Part shown: positions 1-12,798 of the stretch, in pieces
How the letters are laid out: the number at the start of each line of letters is the position of its first letter
How positions within the stretch are numbered: position 1 is the first letter of the stretch
The notes under the pieces: generated by a model
The model's database searches: none
What the model saw: only the letters and a program-made list of their open reading frames with translations
Told to the model about the DNA's origin: nothing
Origin: Octopus sinensis
Taxonomy: Eukaryota
Reading direction: 5' to 3'
Assembly (NCBI RefSeq): GCF_006345805.1
Contig: NC_043026.1
Coordinates: 11,222,001-11,286,000 of the forward strand
Length of the DNA stretch: 64,000 bases
Position numbers and translations under genes: made by a program

Positions 1-66
1 AATAATACTATATTTGTCCCACGTCCTCGTGTTGTTGTGTCTTTTTGTGCTTTCTTGTTTGGATTA

Positions 67-119
<53 letters not shown>

Positions 120-1149
120 CAGCACGGATCTTTTTCAGTGAACAGGTTGCGGTCTTAAAGCGACGAAAATGTTTTGACAAATTAAACTTAAATGTTGAAG
201 TGAATCGAACGGCTTTTGTGTGTTTCTTAAATGGCTTACAAACACCTTCCACGCTGCAAATGTTTTCGTTTCAGCACACAATCTCAGATCAAATCACTTG
301 CTATGCAAGTACATCTCCGTAATATATATATATATTTCTACTGCTATATTTTATCATCAACACGGATTGCCATTGATATCTGTAGAAGATGTAAGAGCCT
401 TTGTCAAATTATCCAAATGTTTTTAGTTAAGAGCAGTATGCAAACTCATCTTGTAATTATTTTCTACAGTGAAAGTAAAGATTTTTTGCTTTTCTTATCT
501 TAGTTCAGAAGCAACTTTTCACATAAATTCTCCCATGGATTTATACACACAAGGTTATTTCTATTTCAATATTTTGCATAACCTCTGTAGATGATTTTTC
601 TGATGTAAATGATTCTTTGGGCCATCAGCCAATCTGAAATTATAAATAAACAGTGTAAGATACGCAGGTTACTACATTTATATACTGATAAACTATTACC
701 TCAATACTTATTTTTTTAAATTTACACAAATTGCATGAACCCAAGATGACTGCTAGTTGACCAAAGCATTGTAAGTAGATACAGTAAACGGAAACTGAAA
801 GAAGCCCATCAAACATGGCACCTTGGGGCAATGTCTTTTACGATTGCCTAGGGCTAAGTAGATTTGGTAAATAGAAACTGAAAGAAGCCCTTTGTATGTA
901 TGTAGCGCCGAGTTTACAATTCTCTAAATAATAATAACGGTATTTTTATATAAGCTTAAAGCTTTTGGCGATCACTGTGCAATGACTAAGGAAAGTAGTT
1001 TAATAAAGGGGCATATAAGCCCTCGACAGTAAAAAGGCTTTCCTATCCATGTTGGAGTCGAACCCATATCCCTTTGTTAGTGTCGAGGGAATGTGAACTA
1101 AATGTTTTTTTTTTTTTGGAACAGTGAATCTCGAAACATAATACTATAA

Positions 1150-1368
1150 ATATTAGTTTCAAATTTTGGCACAAGGCCAGCAAGGTTGGGGGAAGGAGTA
1201 AGTCGATTACATCGATCCCAGTGCTCAACTGACTCCCATTTTATCGATCTCCAGAGGATGAAAGGCAAAGTAGAACCCGGCGGAATTTGAACTCAGAACT
1301 TTAAAATGGGCGAAATGCCGCTAAGCATTTGGCCCGGCGTGCCAACGATTCTGCCAGCTCGCCGCCCT
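1150..1368 (-). mobile_element. SINE-A-related copy with an alternative 3' tail
   Basis: Same GGCGGCGAGCTGGCAGAATCG head and core, but ends in ...CCTTGCTGGCCTTGTGCCAAAATTTG. Confidence 0.7.
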
Positions 1369-2000
1369 ATGTTTCGAGATCCATTGTTCCAAAAAAGAAT
1401 TATACCTGCAAAATATTTTTTTCTGATTATTTCCCCCCTCGCGTAATCGTATTCTACATCATTTAAAAGTAATCTCTGGAAAAATTAATGAGAGAGAAAA
1501 AAAAAACAACAAAAAACATTTCAAAGAAAGTTCTGAGCAAACAAGATCAGATGGGGGGATTATCCGAAACTGGTTGGAATTTTTTTTTTTTGTTTTACAA
1601 TTTTTCTCTCAGTATAATCGCAATCTAGATTATCTACAACGTATGTGAAAAATTTCGTTAAAAAATATGCATTTTAAAGCAAGCTGTGAGGAATCAGAAT
1701 CGGGGAGGGGGATTATTTGAAGCTTCGTGAAAAATTTAGATTTTACAATTTTTTCCTCTATATATAATCGTAATCTTCTTAATCTGAAATGTACCCTGAA
1801 CAAAAAATCGTTAAAAAACGTGCGATTTGAAGAAAGTTATAGGGAAACAAAGTCAAAGAGTCAGTCACACCTTTGTAGTTCTACATAATCATCACCATAC
1901 TTCGGTAAGTATAGTGAAGGCTACATATTTAATACTAGTTGTATTATACAATCAATGAAATCAGTTATTACTTTCCCACTGCTGGCTAAAATAATTATTT

Positions 2001-2420
2001 GGCAATCTTTCGTCTCTAGTAGACCTTTCCGTCGATTTCCGTAAAAAATTTTTTTTTTTTACATATGGGTTTGCGGGAACTTTTGAAGTAATGAGAGCGA
2101 AAGAGACTAAGAGAAAGCGATTGTATGACGAGGGAAGTTCTTTTGAAGTTACCGTGCATGGCAAGCATTGATGTACATTTGTGTGTGTGTGTGTTTGATG
2201 GGATGTGGGAGACAGACAGTATGTTGTGTAAGTGAAGTGCTTCTCTTAGTGTGTGTGAAGAGACAGAGTAATGTGTGAAAGAAAGAGATAACTGAAATTT
2301 TTTACTCGGTGTATGTGTATATGTATGTATATTACTTCAAAAGTTCCCGCAAGCCCATATGTAAAAAAAAAAATTTTTACGGAAATCGACGGAAAGGTCT
2401 ACTAGAGACGAAAGATCGCC
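2001..2420. mobile_element. MITE with about 85-bp TIRs starting GGC(A/G)ATCTTTCG (Merlin-like)
   Basis: Long TIRs; flanks AATTATTT / AAGTATTT (8-bp TSD, 1 mismatch). Confidence 0.8.
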
Positions 2421-3987
2421 AAGTATTTATATTTCTTTGTGAATTTATTATTTAAACTTCCCATACCGATATGGAAAACACGAAATAAAGCAAATAATGG
2501 TATTTGACTATTATATTTTCTCACTGCAATATTTATCAACTTTTAAGTACTTCGCTCATTATATATATTAACAATAACATACATATGGTTCTTCTTATAG
2601 ATACTGTATGAATTTTTCCCCAATTCTTGTTTTACTTTAATAAATGTACAACTTTCTATATTTGGTTCCATCGCGATTCATTCATCACTGTACTTCGCTG
2701 AGTATAGTGAAGGCTACATATTTAATATTAGTTGTATCATGCAATCAATCAATGGAAATAGTTATTACTTTCGCACTGCTGGGTAACAGAACCTACCTGT
2801 TTCTCTGCATACGCTTATTATTCTTATGATTTCTCTTTGCGATCTCTTCAAACTGATTTCTTTGGCGGAAAAAAAAAAGTCTCAGTTAAATGGCGCGGAT
2901 TCAACTGGACCAGAAATAAGACAATGGAATGTAAAACTTGACATTGAAAACGAAACGAAACGCACGGACAAATCGGAATTTATCACTTTTTTTGTCCTTC
3001 GTTCTTCATTTATGTTCAGGCATACCTCAATTTACGTCGGTAATTGGTTCTAAGACATGCGATTTAACTCGGAAAACTATGTTAGACGCGCACGCGCGAA
3101 TGAAAAAGAACCATAAGAAAAATTCGGTGAAATTCGTTAAAGGAGGACACGTTTATGTGTTTCGGTCTGTGTGTGCAGACCCCAACAAATAATGGGCTGA
3201 AAGCTGCTCAACGGAAATTCTTTCTCCTGCTGCCCACTAATATCGTTGAGAGTTTCTAATTACTACTTACTCTACTACAAACATTAAATAAAAAAAGTAA
3301 AATTTTCTACAATAGACACGCTCAACTAGAACTTATTTCAGCGACCTCGACCGATAAAAGGCGCAGTCGCCATCGGCTGAATTCGAACTCAGACCATGCA
3401 GACAGACGAAATGCTGCCAAGTATTTTAGTTCGGCGTGCTAACGATTCTGTTAGCTACCACCTTCATTTTAACAACAGTAATAGTACCTTTTGAGAAACA
3501 TACTCGAAATGGCACTTAATATATTCCTCAGAGCTCGATATCTTTAGAAACTTATTCACGATTTTGTCATATGTGAAGGACGAAGACTCTAGTTTGTACT
3601 GTCCTATAATGTACTATATTAGGCAATACGAAAGATCGTCCTATATTAAGTATAGCAGATATATTCCATTTTTTTTTTCGTCTTCATAAAATTTATAGAA
3701 TCATAGCAAGTGCGTGTTTTTATATTTCAAACATATGCGGCACACTTTTTGCCAGGTTGCAATTTCGAGCGAGGAAAATTTCGACACCATAAATGTAAAG
3801 TTTCAGTTTTTGTGTCTTTCGAAACGGCCAACTTTTGTCTTCCACGCTGCAATCGCTACATACATTCAAATTTATATATGTATGTAATGAATACATATTG
3901 AGCTGGCTGAATCGTTAGCACGCCAGACAAAATGTTTAACGGCATGACTTTGCTTTTCATCCTTCTGCGCCGATACAATAAGTACCC

Positions 3988-4193
3988 ATTTCTTTATTAC
4001 CCACAAGGGGCTAAACATAGAGGGGACAAACAAGGACAGACATAGGTATTAAGTCGATTACATCGACCCCAGTGCGTAACTGGTACTTAATTTATCGACC
4101 CCGAAAAGATGAAAGGTAAAGTCGACCTCGACTCACAACGTAACGGCAGACGAAATACCGCTAAGCATTTCGCCCGACGTGCTAACGTTTCTG
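3988..4193 (-). mobile_element. SINE-A copy (tRNA-like head) split by the ORF1 element; its 5' end is at 5846-5877
   Basis: SINE-A body GAGGTCGACTTTACCTTTCATCTTTTCGGGGTCGATAAATTAAGTACCAG; the head resumes after the second TSD. Confidence 0.85.
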
Positions 4194-5845
4194 ATTTCTT
4201 TATTACCCACTAGGGGCTACATAGAGGGGACATTACAAACATTGGGGACATAGAACATCACAATTACATATATATGAGCAAAATGGAATATGAAAATGAT
4301 ATATGAGAGTGATACCGACGGCCCCATCCGCCAGCATCACTTATCTGTCCTTCTTCACCCATTTCCAATTAGCATTCCTTGTTTTCCTATCACAACATTC
4401 GTTTTTCTTTTAGCCATCTCTATCCATTCATCTTTCATTTCCACTGACCTCCAACACACACCCTCTTCCTCAAACCTTCTCATCAATATACCCGTATCAT
4501 CACTATCCACAGCCGTGGTAGCTACAATCTTCGTGTTCGTACCACTTGGTTAACACCTGTTTTTTAACGTTGTATGTCTTTCCCATGTATAACACATAAA
4601 AAATGGGTCTCGGGACTTTCTTTGCTCTGTGTGTGTGTTTTGGATTTTCTTGTAGGAGGGGAGTGGGTGGAATCACTGTTTGCCGGGGAGGGTCGGGACT
4701 CCAAGGGTATGGGTGGTGTCTGGGTGGGTTGGGGCTTCGCACAGTTCTTCTTTTTCCTTCTTTTTCTCTTTGTTCCCCCTTCTTTCCACTCTTGTTGCAT
4801 CTCTTCTTCTGTCGTTTCCTTCTCTGTTTGTTTCTGTTTATTTTCTTCCTCTCCTGGGGCTTCCTCAACGCTTTCCTTTTCTTTTTCCTTTGGTGGGGGA
4901 GGGCAGTAGGCTCTTATGTGACCCCTTTGGCCACACTTGTAGCACCTGGCGCCCTACCTCCACCCACACTCTCATAATAATATTTCCAGTTTTTATGCTG
5001 TCCGTAATCCTCTCTATAACATCCGCCTCCGTTTGAATGTTCATAACTAGTGTGGCACCTCTCACGCCTTCATACTTCATAATGGCGTGGAGGATGTCCA
5101 CTTTATCTTCATTTCCTTTTATAACCGCAGCCGTTATTAATTCGCCCTCTATGTGTGGAGGTATTCCTTCCACCCTAATTCTGGTTGTCCGCCTATTCAG
5201 ATACGAGGGTAACAAGTAAAACTTTTCAGTACTCACCACCTTGGCTGCTACATTCCTGGCTGCTTTTTCACTTTTAAATTGCACCGTTATGGTTCCGTAT
5301 TGTAATCCTTTTGTCATGTACACAATTTCCTCTCCTGTCTGCTTGAGAGCCTCTTCAATTGCTTCCATGTTAATTACTTCCATCTTTCTCCCTCCATTCA
5401 TAAAAACTTTATATTTAATGGTTCTACGATGGAACCAGTCTCCGTGCCCTACTGGAGGCAGCAGCTCGACCTCTCCGTTTTCGTCCTCCTTCACAAACTC
5501 CTGGAGGCCCGTCAACTTAGCCAGGTCTATCTCTCTTTCCATTGACTTCTTCGTTACACCTGCGTAGGTGCCTTCCATCTTTTTCACCGCCAACTCCTCC
5601 TCAGATGACGATACTTCCGTCGAAATTTCAGAGAAATTTCTCCCTTCCATCTCCTCCGTTTGATGGAGGCGGCTCATAATCGCCTCAGACCGAAAAACGG
5701 CCTCCCGAACCGAAAAAGTTTAACGCGCTGAACGAGCGAAACGCGAAACCGCGTCAACGCCGTTCAGAGTTTCCACAACAACAACCACGCTTTTTGTTCT
5801 TTTTACCGAATTTTCAGGAGCCGAAAAAAACACAACCGACGTCAA
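4194..5845 (-). mobile_element. ORF1-only non-LTR retroelement (HAL1-like; L1/Tx1-type ORF1) with 19-bp TSD
   Basis: TSD CGACGTGCTAACGTTTCTG at 4175-4193 and 5846-5864; CpG-rich 5' UTR; ORF1 starts at 5677; 3' end GTCCCCTCTATGTAGCCCCTAGTGGGTAATAAAGAAAT; no ORF2 motifs seen. Confidence 0.85.
4564..5677 (-). pseudogene. Frameshifted retroelement ORF1 (RRM-like region plus CCHC zinc knuckle)
   Basis: 270-aa frame includes TITVQFKSEKAA...RIRVEGIPP. A frameshift near 4950 hides the knuckle CYKCGQRGHIRAYC (4944-4903), which is followed by an acidic/basic low-complexity tail. Confidence 0.8.
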
Positions 5846-6106
5846 CGACGTGCTAACGTTTCTGCCAGCTCGCCGCTTTAAAATACAATAAATACCAGCG
5901 GGACACTGGGATCGATGTAAATTGCTGGCCTAGTGAAACCATTATTAATGATATTTAAAACAAAACATATGCAGCGTGTAAGGTGGTTTATAAGCCATCT
6001 AAAAACACACAAAAACCGTTAGATTTACTTCAACATTTAAATTTAATTTGCCAAAATACTTTCATCGCTCTGAGACCGCGACCTGATCACTGACAAAATT
6101 CCGTGC

Positions 6107-6145
<39 letters not shown>

Positions 6146-7134
6146 TTTATTTTTAGATATAAATGATGTACTCAAGTGTAGTTATTTTTTAGCTTGTGCT
6201 TTTTCCATGATCATACGTGAGTATTTTATTTATATCCCATCGAAATTTCTACTGAAGAAGGAATATATCTTTTTTTATAAGATTAAGTCCGAAATTGATT
6301 CAATATAGAGATAACGAAATTTAAATTTTCTAAAGGTTAGTTGCCCGTTTTCAGTTTCAATTTTCCTGTAACAAGCGGATTATAAGTGGATAAAACAGTG
6401 TATTTGGCTTTAGAATAACCCTCTTTAGCCCTTAATTATATATGTATATTGCAACCGTAACGGTTTTTTTAAATATACTGCCCACGCTTCCTGATGAATT
6501 CATTTGCTGTAGAGTAAGGGACTTCATCCTATATTGCTTAGTAGTAAACTCGATGCTTGCTACAGGAGGACTGGTAACCATTACAATTTGTAGCGGCGAA
6601 AGGTCTGGACGTTGTTTTCTGAGGCTGACCAAAGAATTTTTATTTTTAGATATAAATGATGTACTCAAGTGTAGTTATGTTTTTAGCTTGTGCTTTTTCC
6701 ATGATCATACGTGAGTATTTTATTTATATCCCATCGAAATTTCTACTGAAGAAGGAATATATCTTTTTTTATAAGATTAAGTCCGAAATTGATTCAATAT
6801 AGAGATAACGAAATTTAAATTTTCTAAAGGTTAGTTGCCCGTTTTCAGTTTCAATTTTCCTGTAACAAGCGGATTATAAGTGGATAAAACAGTGTATTTG
6901 GCTTTAGAATAACCCTCTTTAGCCCTTAATTATATGATATATATATATATATATATAATTTTTATAAAATTAATTAAGGGTAGAAATTGATATTTATCAA
7001 TTAATCCCACTTGTTTATTGCTATGGTTTTGTGCTGAGTTTGATCTGAGAACATAATCTTTTGTGGAGAATGGCGATTTGACGTCTATATCTAGCATGTT
7101 GACTGTCCACTTTTCGTGTTCAGTCCTTAATTGG

Positions 7135-7176
<42 letters not shown>

Positions 7177-8184
7177 TTTGTTCTGCAAGATTCATGTGAA
7201 ATTGTCCGTTGATGCATATTTCAGGATTTTTTTTTTTTTTCCAAATTTAACGAGTATATAGTGCGTGTGGTTATTTGGCAAAAAAAAATTGACCATCCTG
7301 AAATATAAGAATATATAAATATCCTAGCAGCTTAGGTAAACTAGGTAAACTTTATCGATTTCGTTTCCGAGTTGGTTTTTTGATTTCGGTAACTTGTCAA
7401 ATATTAAATTCCGGTTGACCCACATCCTGGAATGAGAAATCTTTTTGTGGCATTGTTGAAGGCATTTGGGTGTAATTAAAGATGTTTTACTGTAAACACG
7501 TATTCATGTAGCATCACAGGTAAGATATAATAATACAGATATTTTAGTAAAAGTAATTAGACATGGATTGGATAATGTAAAACGTTTTGATGTTGCTTCT
7601 TAGACTTTGATATTAATTTTATTCTCCACCGCTTTGTCTAAAATCAATGATTGAACGTGTTTAGACATAACTACATGTGGATCAAAATGGATATTTGTAA
7701 ATAAAACGTTCAATAGATACTCTTCAGATGGTGTATATTACGAATTTGATGAGTGGGCGAAAAATAAGGATGACGATAATTCACATATTTGAAAACGTAT
7801 GAGGGAAAAAGTCGGGGATTTGTGAATTATCCGATTCCACAAAGTTTTGCTTTCACATCATATTCCCATGAAATCATAACATGAAACATATTTATAGAAC
7901 ATTTTATTAAAAAAATGTCTAGATTTCCGAAAGTTATGAGGAAACATCGCAGTTCCTCAACACCCTTCCGAAACCTTTTCCAGAACAAATTTCGATATAA
8001 CCCTAATCTGCACCATGTAAATTGTATCTCTGGGAAATTTCTTTAAGAAATATGCATTTTCAGAAAGTTATAGAGAAGCAAATTTGGTGGAGTATTTGTA
8101 GTTATACCAGTGAATCAGTATTTTGTGCATTTTTACTAAACTACGAAAGAATTTTTAGTTAATGCTGACACTATTACTAGGAAA

Positions 8185-8915
8185 CATGGGTGCTTTTTAC
8201 GTGCCACTGGCACAGGAGCCAGGGGAGGCTGGCAACAGCCACGGTCAGTTGGTGCTTTTTACGTGCCACCGGCACATGAGCCAGGGAAGGCTGGAAATGG
8301 CCACTATCAGTTGGTGCTTTTTACGTGCCACCGGCACAGGAGCCAGGGGAGGCTGGCAACGGCCACGATCAGTTGGTGCTTTTTACGTGCCACCGGCACA
8401 GGAGCCAGGGGAGACTGGCAACGCCACGATCAATTGGTGCTTTTTACGTGCCACAGGCACAGGAGCCAGGGGAGGCTGGTAACGGTCACAATCAGTTGAT
8501 ACTTTTTACGTGCCACCGGCTCAGGAGCCAGGGGAGGCTGGAAACGACCACGATCAGTTGGTGCTTTTTACGTCCCACTGGCACAGGAGCCAGGGGAGGC
8601 TGGCAACGTCCACGATCAGTTGGTGCTTTTTACGTGCCACCGGCACATGAGCCAGGGAAGGCTGGAAATGGCCACTATCAGTTGGTGCTTTTTACGTGCC
8701 ACCGGCACAGGAGCCAGGGGAGGCTGGCAACGTCCACGATCAGTTGGTGCTTTTTACATGCCACCGGCACATGAGCCAGGGAAGGCTGGAAATGGCCACT
8801 ATCAGTTGGTGCTTTTTACGTGCCACCGGCACAGGAGCCAGGGGAGGCTGGCAACGGCCACAATCAGTTGGTGCGTTTTATGTGCCACCAGCACGGAAGC
8901 CTGTCAAGGTGGCGC
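8185..8915 (-). repeat. 62-bp minisatellite (about 12 units) derived from family C
   Basis: Unit GGTGCTTTTTACGTGCCACCGGCACAGGAGCCAGGGGAGGCTGGCAACGGCCACGATCAGTT; the (GAT)n tail part is absent. Confidence 0.9.
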
Positions 8916-9373
8916 TGGCATTAAATACAACACACAAAAAAAAAAAAGAAAGCAAGGCGAGCTTCTTAACCATGTGCCATATATCTTTTATCTTCCACCC
9001 GATTCATGACTACGGCCATACTGGAACACTGCCGAGATGAATGTTTTAGTCAAGCAAATCAGCTCTAGAACTTTTTTTTGTTTCTTAAGCCTTGTATTTA
9101 TTCTTTTTCTTTTTCTTTTCTTTTATTTGTTTCAGTCATTTGACTGTGGCCATGCTGGAGCACCGCCTTTAGTCGAGCAAATCGACCCCGGGACTTATTA
9201 TTTGTAAGCCCAGTACTTATTCTATCGGTCACTTTTTGCCGAACCGCTAAGTTGGTTTCTTTTGCTGAAGTGCTAATCCACAAGGACATAAACACACCAA
9301 CACCGGTTGGCAAATGATGGTGCAGAACAAACGGCACACACATACACACACACACACACACGTGACTAGCTTC

Positions 9374-10252
9374 TTATTTCTTTTATTGCCCACAAGGGGC
9401 TAAACATAGGAGGGACAAACAAGGACAGAGAAAGTTGACCTCAGCGGAATTTGAACTCGGAACGTAACGGCAGACGAAATACCTATTTCTTTATAACCCA
9501 CAAGGGGCTAAACACAGAGGAGACAGACAAACGGATTAAGTCGATTACATCGACCCCAGTGTGTAACTGGTACTTTATTTATCGACCCCGAAAGGATGAA
9601 AGGCAAAGTTGACCTCAGCGGAATTTGAACTCAGAACGTAACGGCAGACGAAATACCTATTTCTTTATAACCCACAAGGGGCTAAACACAGAGGAGACAG
9701 ACAAACGGATTAAGTCGATTACATCGACCCCAGTGTGTAACTGGTACTTTATTTATCGACCCCGAAAGGATGAAAGGCAAAGTTGACCTCAGCGGAATTT
9801 GAACTCAGAACGTAACGGCAGACGAAATACCTATTTCTTATAACCCAACCCACAAGGGGCTAAACACAGAGGAGACAAACAAGGACAGACAAACGGATTA
9901 AGTCGATTACATCGACCCCAGTGTTTAACTGGTACTTAATCTATTGGCCCTGAAAGGATGAAAGGCAAAGTCGACCTCAGCGGAATTTGAACTCAGAACG
10001 TAACAGTAGACGAAATACCTATTTCTTTACTACCCACAAGGGGCTAAACACGGAGGAGACAAACAAGGACAGACAAAGGGATTAAGTCGATTACATTGAC
10101 CCCAGTGTGTAACTGGTACTTAATCTATCGGCCCTGAAAGGATGAAAGGCAAAGTCGACCTTGGCGGAATTTGAACTCAGAACGTAACAGTAGACGAAAT
10201 ACTGCTAAGCATTTCACCCGGCGTGCTAACGTTTCTACCAGCTCGCCTCCAA
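9374..10252 (-). mobile_element. SINE-A head-to-tail pentamer inserted in a SINE-B
   Basis: Five units (mostly about 174-187 bp; the first is internally deleted), only one with a full head; flanked by direct repeat GTGACTAGCTTC (9362-9373, 10253-10264). Confidence 0.85.
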
Positions 10253-10390
10253 GTGACTAGCTTCCTTCAACTTCCATCTACCAAATTCACTCACAAGTCT
10301 TTGGTTGGCCTAAAATGACACACATTGGAACTGAACCTGGGACCACATGGCTGGAAAGCAAACTTTTTACCACAGTCACACCTGTACCTA

Positions 10391-10903
10391 TCTATATATA
10401 TAAAACTGTAGTTGTGTAAGTGTCTGTCCCCTTCGATTTAGATTCCTAACTACTCCCACATTTTGCGGTGCAGTTTAACCAAATTCGGGTATCTTATAGT
10501 CGTGATTCATATCGAGCCCGTCTGAGTATTAGCGCGCGTCTACGATGAGTCTACGATTTTAAAAATAATTTAACATCATTCTTTATTCCATTTTAATGCA
10601 TAATTTCTCGTGTGTCGATGGCGGCGGAGTTGGCGTCCATGGTCACACCTGCACCTGTTTGCTTCTCCCCCTTCTTACCTCCCTCGTGAAGCTGTGGGGA
10701 AGGGAGTGTAAGGAAATTAACGTCGTAAAGCGTTGTCAAGGAGACCAGCGTTCTTTTAGAACAACGACTTCATGGCTTGAAGAGACCAAAACAGAAATGG
10801 CTAAGAAAGCCCGAATTGGCATCTATAAGGGAAGTAACTCTCTAAAAATGCTTATATAGTTATTTCCCTTACAAACCCGAGCAACGCCGGGCGATACTGC
10901 TAG
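10391..10903 (+). mobile_element. Non-autonomous Helitron
   Basis: A|TC...CTAG|T termini; subterminal hairpin CCCG-AGCAACGC-CGGG; no TSD. Confidence 0.85.
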
Positions 10904-11389
10904 TAATATATAAATTTATCAATACTATTTAATCATCTACACCGTTATGATATACACTTGTTTTGGCAATGTAGTGAAAACATTGTTCAGTTATTAATTT
11001 AGGTTTACAGTTAACCTGTATAGAAATTTGCTAAAACTTCCACTGTTGTATCTCTACTTTCTTGCATATCTTCTATATCTTATACCATTTTTTTCCCCTT
11101 TATTCCCCTCTTCCCCTTTTTTTCCCCCTTTTTTCATTTCTCTTTTTTTTTGTTCCTTTTCCTTTTCTTTTTTTTTAATTTTTCTTTTTTATTTTATTTA
11201 TTTTTTTTGTTCTTTTCTTCCCTTTTATGATCCCTCTTGATCGAAAACCTACGCCACCCCCTTTTTTTTTTGGTTTCTTTTGTTTTTTTGTTTTTTTCAT
11301 CCCCCAAAAGAAAAGCTCTACCTTGTAACTTGTCCCATCTGTGTGCAGCCCTGTGTGGCCAATAAAGAAACTTATGTCTTATACTATAT

Positions 11390-11480
11390 TTTTTCTTTAT
11401 TATTTCAGAATAAAAGATGACACTGGCAAAGAACCGTTTACATCAGAAATATCATCAGTGTTTATAATCTGTTAAAGATT
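11390..11480 (+). promoter_or_regulatory. Putative splice acceptor and conserved leader segment of ZNF-1 (AG at 11407-11408)
   Basis: TTTTCTTTATTATTTCAG|...GATGACACTGGC...TTTATAATC is homologous to segments upstream of the other three ZNF genes. Confidence 0.55.
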
Positions 11481-11644
11481 AAAGGAAGATATTATATGAA
11501 ATCGATACAATCCTGTTTATATAAATCTATAGTGAAATAAGAGGAATATTTTTATTTCTTTTCTGCACTGTGAATCAGAATAGAACTGTATGGAATGTAG
11601 GTGATTTTGCATTCTAAGTATCCCGTCGGTATTTAATGCAGTTG

Positions 11645-12275
11645 TGTTGTGGGCACGTAACAAACACCATCCAAGCGTGGCCGTTCGCCAGCCTCGTCTG
11701 GCACCTGTGTCAGTGGCACATAAAAAACACCATCCGAGCGTGGCCGTCTGCCAGCCTCGTCTGGCACCTGTGTCGGTGGCACATAAAAAACACCATCCAA
11801 GCGTGGCCGTTCGCCAGCCTCGTCTGGCACCTGTGTCAGTGGCACATAAAAAACACCATCCGAGCGTGGCCGTTCGCCAGCCTCATCTGGCACCTGTGTC
11901 AGTGGGACATAAAAAACACCATCCGAGCGTGGCCGTCTGCCAGCCTCGTCTGGCACCTGTGTCAGTGGCACATAAAAAACACCATCCGAGCGTGGCCGTC
12001 TGCCAGCCTCGTCTGGCACCTGTGTCAGTGGCACATAAAAAACACCATCCGAGCGTGGCCGTTCGCCAGCCTCGTCTGGCACCTGTGTCGGTGGCACATA
12101 AAATCACCCACTACACTCTCGGAGTGGTTGGCGTTAGGAAGGGCATCCAGCTGTAGAAACACTGCCAGATCTGACTGGCCTGGTGCAGCCTTCGGGCTCC
12201 CCAGACCCCAGTTGAACCGTCCAACCCATGCTAGCATAGAAAGCGGACGTTAAATGATGATGATGATGATGATAT
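11645..12275 (+). mobile_element. Family C retroposon: about 7.5 x 63-bp units, unique body and (GAT)n tail
   Basis: Body AGGAAGGGCATCCAGCTGTAGAAAC...GGACGTTAAATGATGATG; the simple-repeat tail is typical of non-LTR 3' ends. Confidence 0.8.
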
Positions 12276-12798
12276 CCATCCCAAATATTTTACCTGTTTT
12301 ATGTTAAAACTGACCAGATCCATCTTCTCGCGCCTACCCTACAATGTCATTCTGAAAACGTACAAAAGCACCATTGAAATCTTGAAGCTACAACGTGATG
12401 CATGATTAATTCAAAACAATGTGAATAAATAAACAATACATTTGACAAAGAATTCTGAATGCGAAAGCATTAAACTTGGATTATATTGTGGTTTACCGGA
12501 TCTTCCCATTCCAAAAACTAAATATGGCTGATGGAAAAATAGTGGTAGAAATAAATATTGGATTGAAAAATACTTTGGGTAGAAGAAGTCTGAGGCTGGC
12601 CATGGGAGTGAACCCACATCTCCTGTAAACATGTACTCATGTACTTAGAGATATTCTGTTCCAAAAAAGAATTATTTCACGTTCTCTCAAAAGTTTTTGA
12701 ATTCTTATGGCATAAATAGGAGTAGGAATATTTGTTAGGAATCAACAAAAAAGCAAAAAAAGAGGAAAACATTTATATGTTAAGGTGAAAGAAGAAAA

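Noticed and set aside
11645-12110. HDV-like ribozyme in the VNTR unit (CAGCCTC...CTGGC resembles HDV P3/L3)
   Set aside because: No P1 or P2 partner strands or J4/2 could be found on the same strand; only simple hairpins. An Infernal/RNArobo search would settle it.
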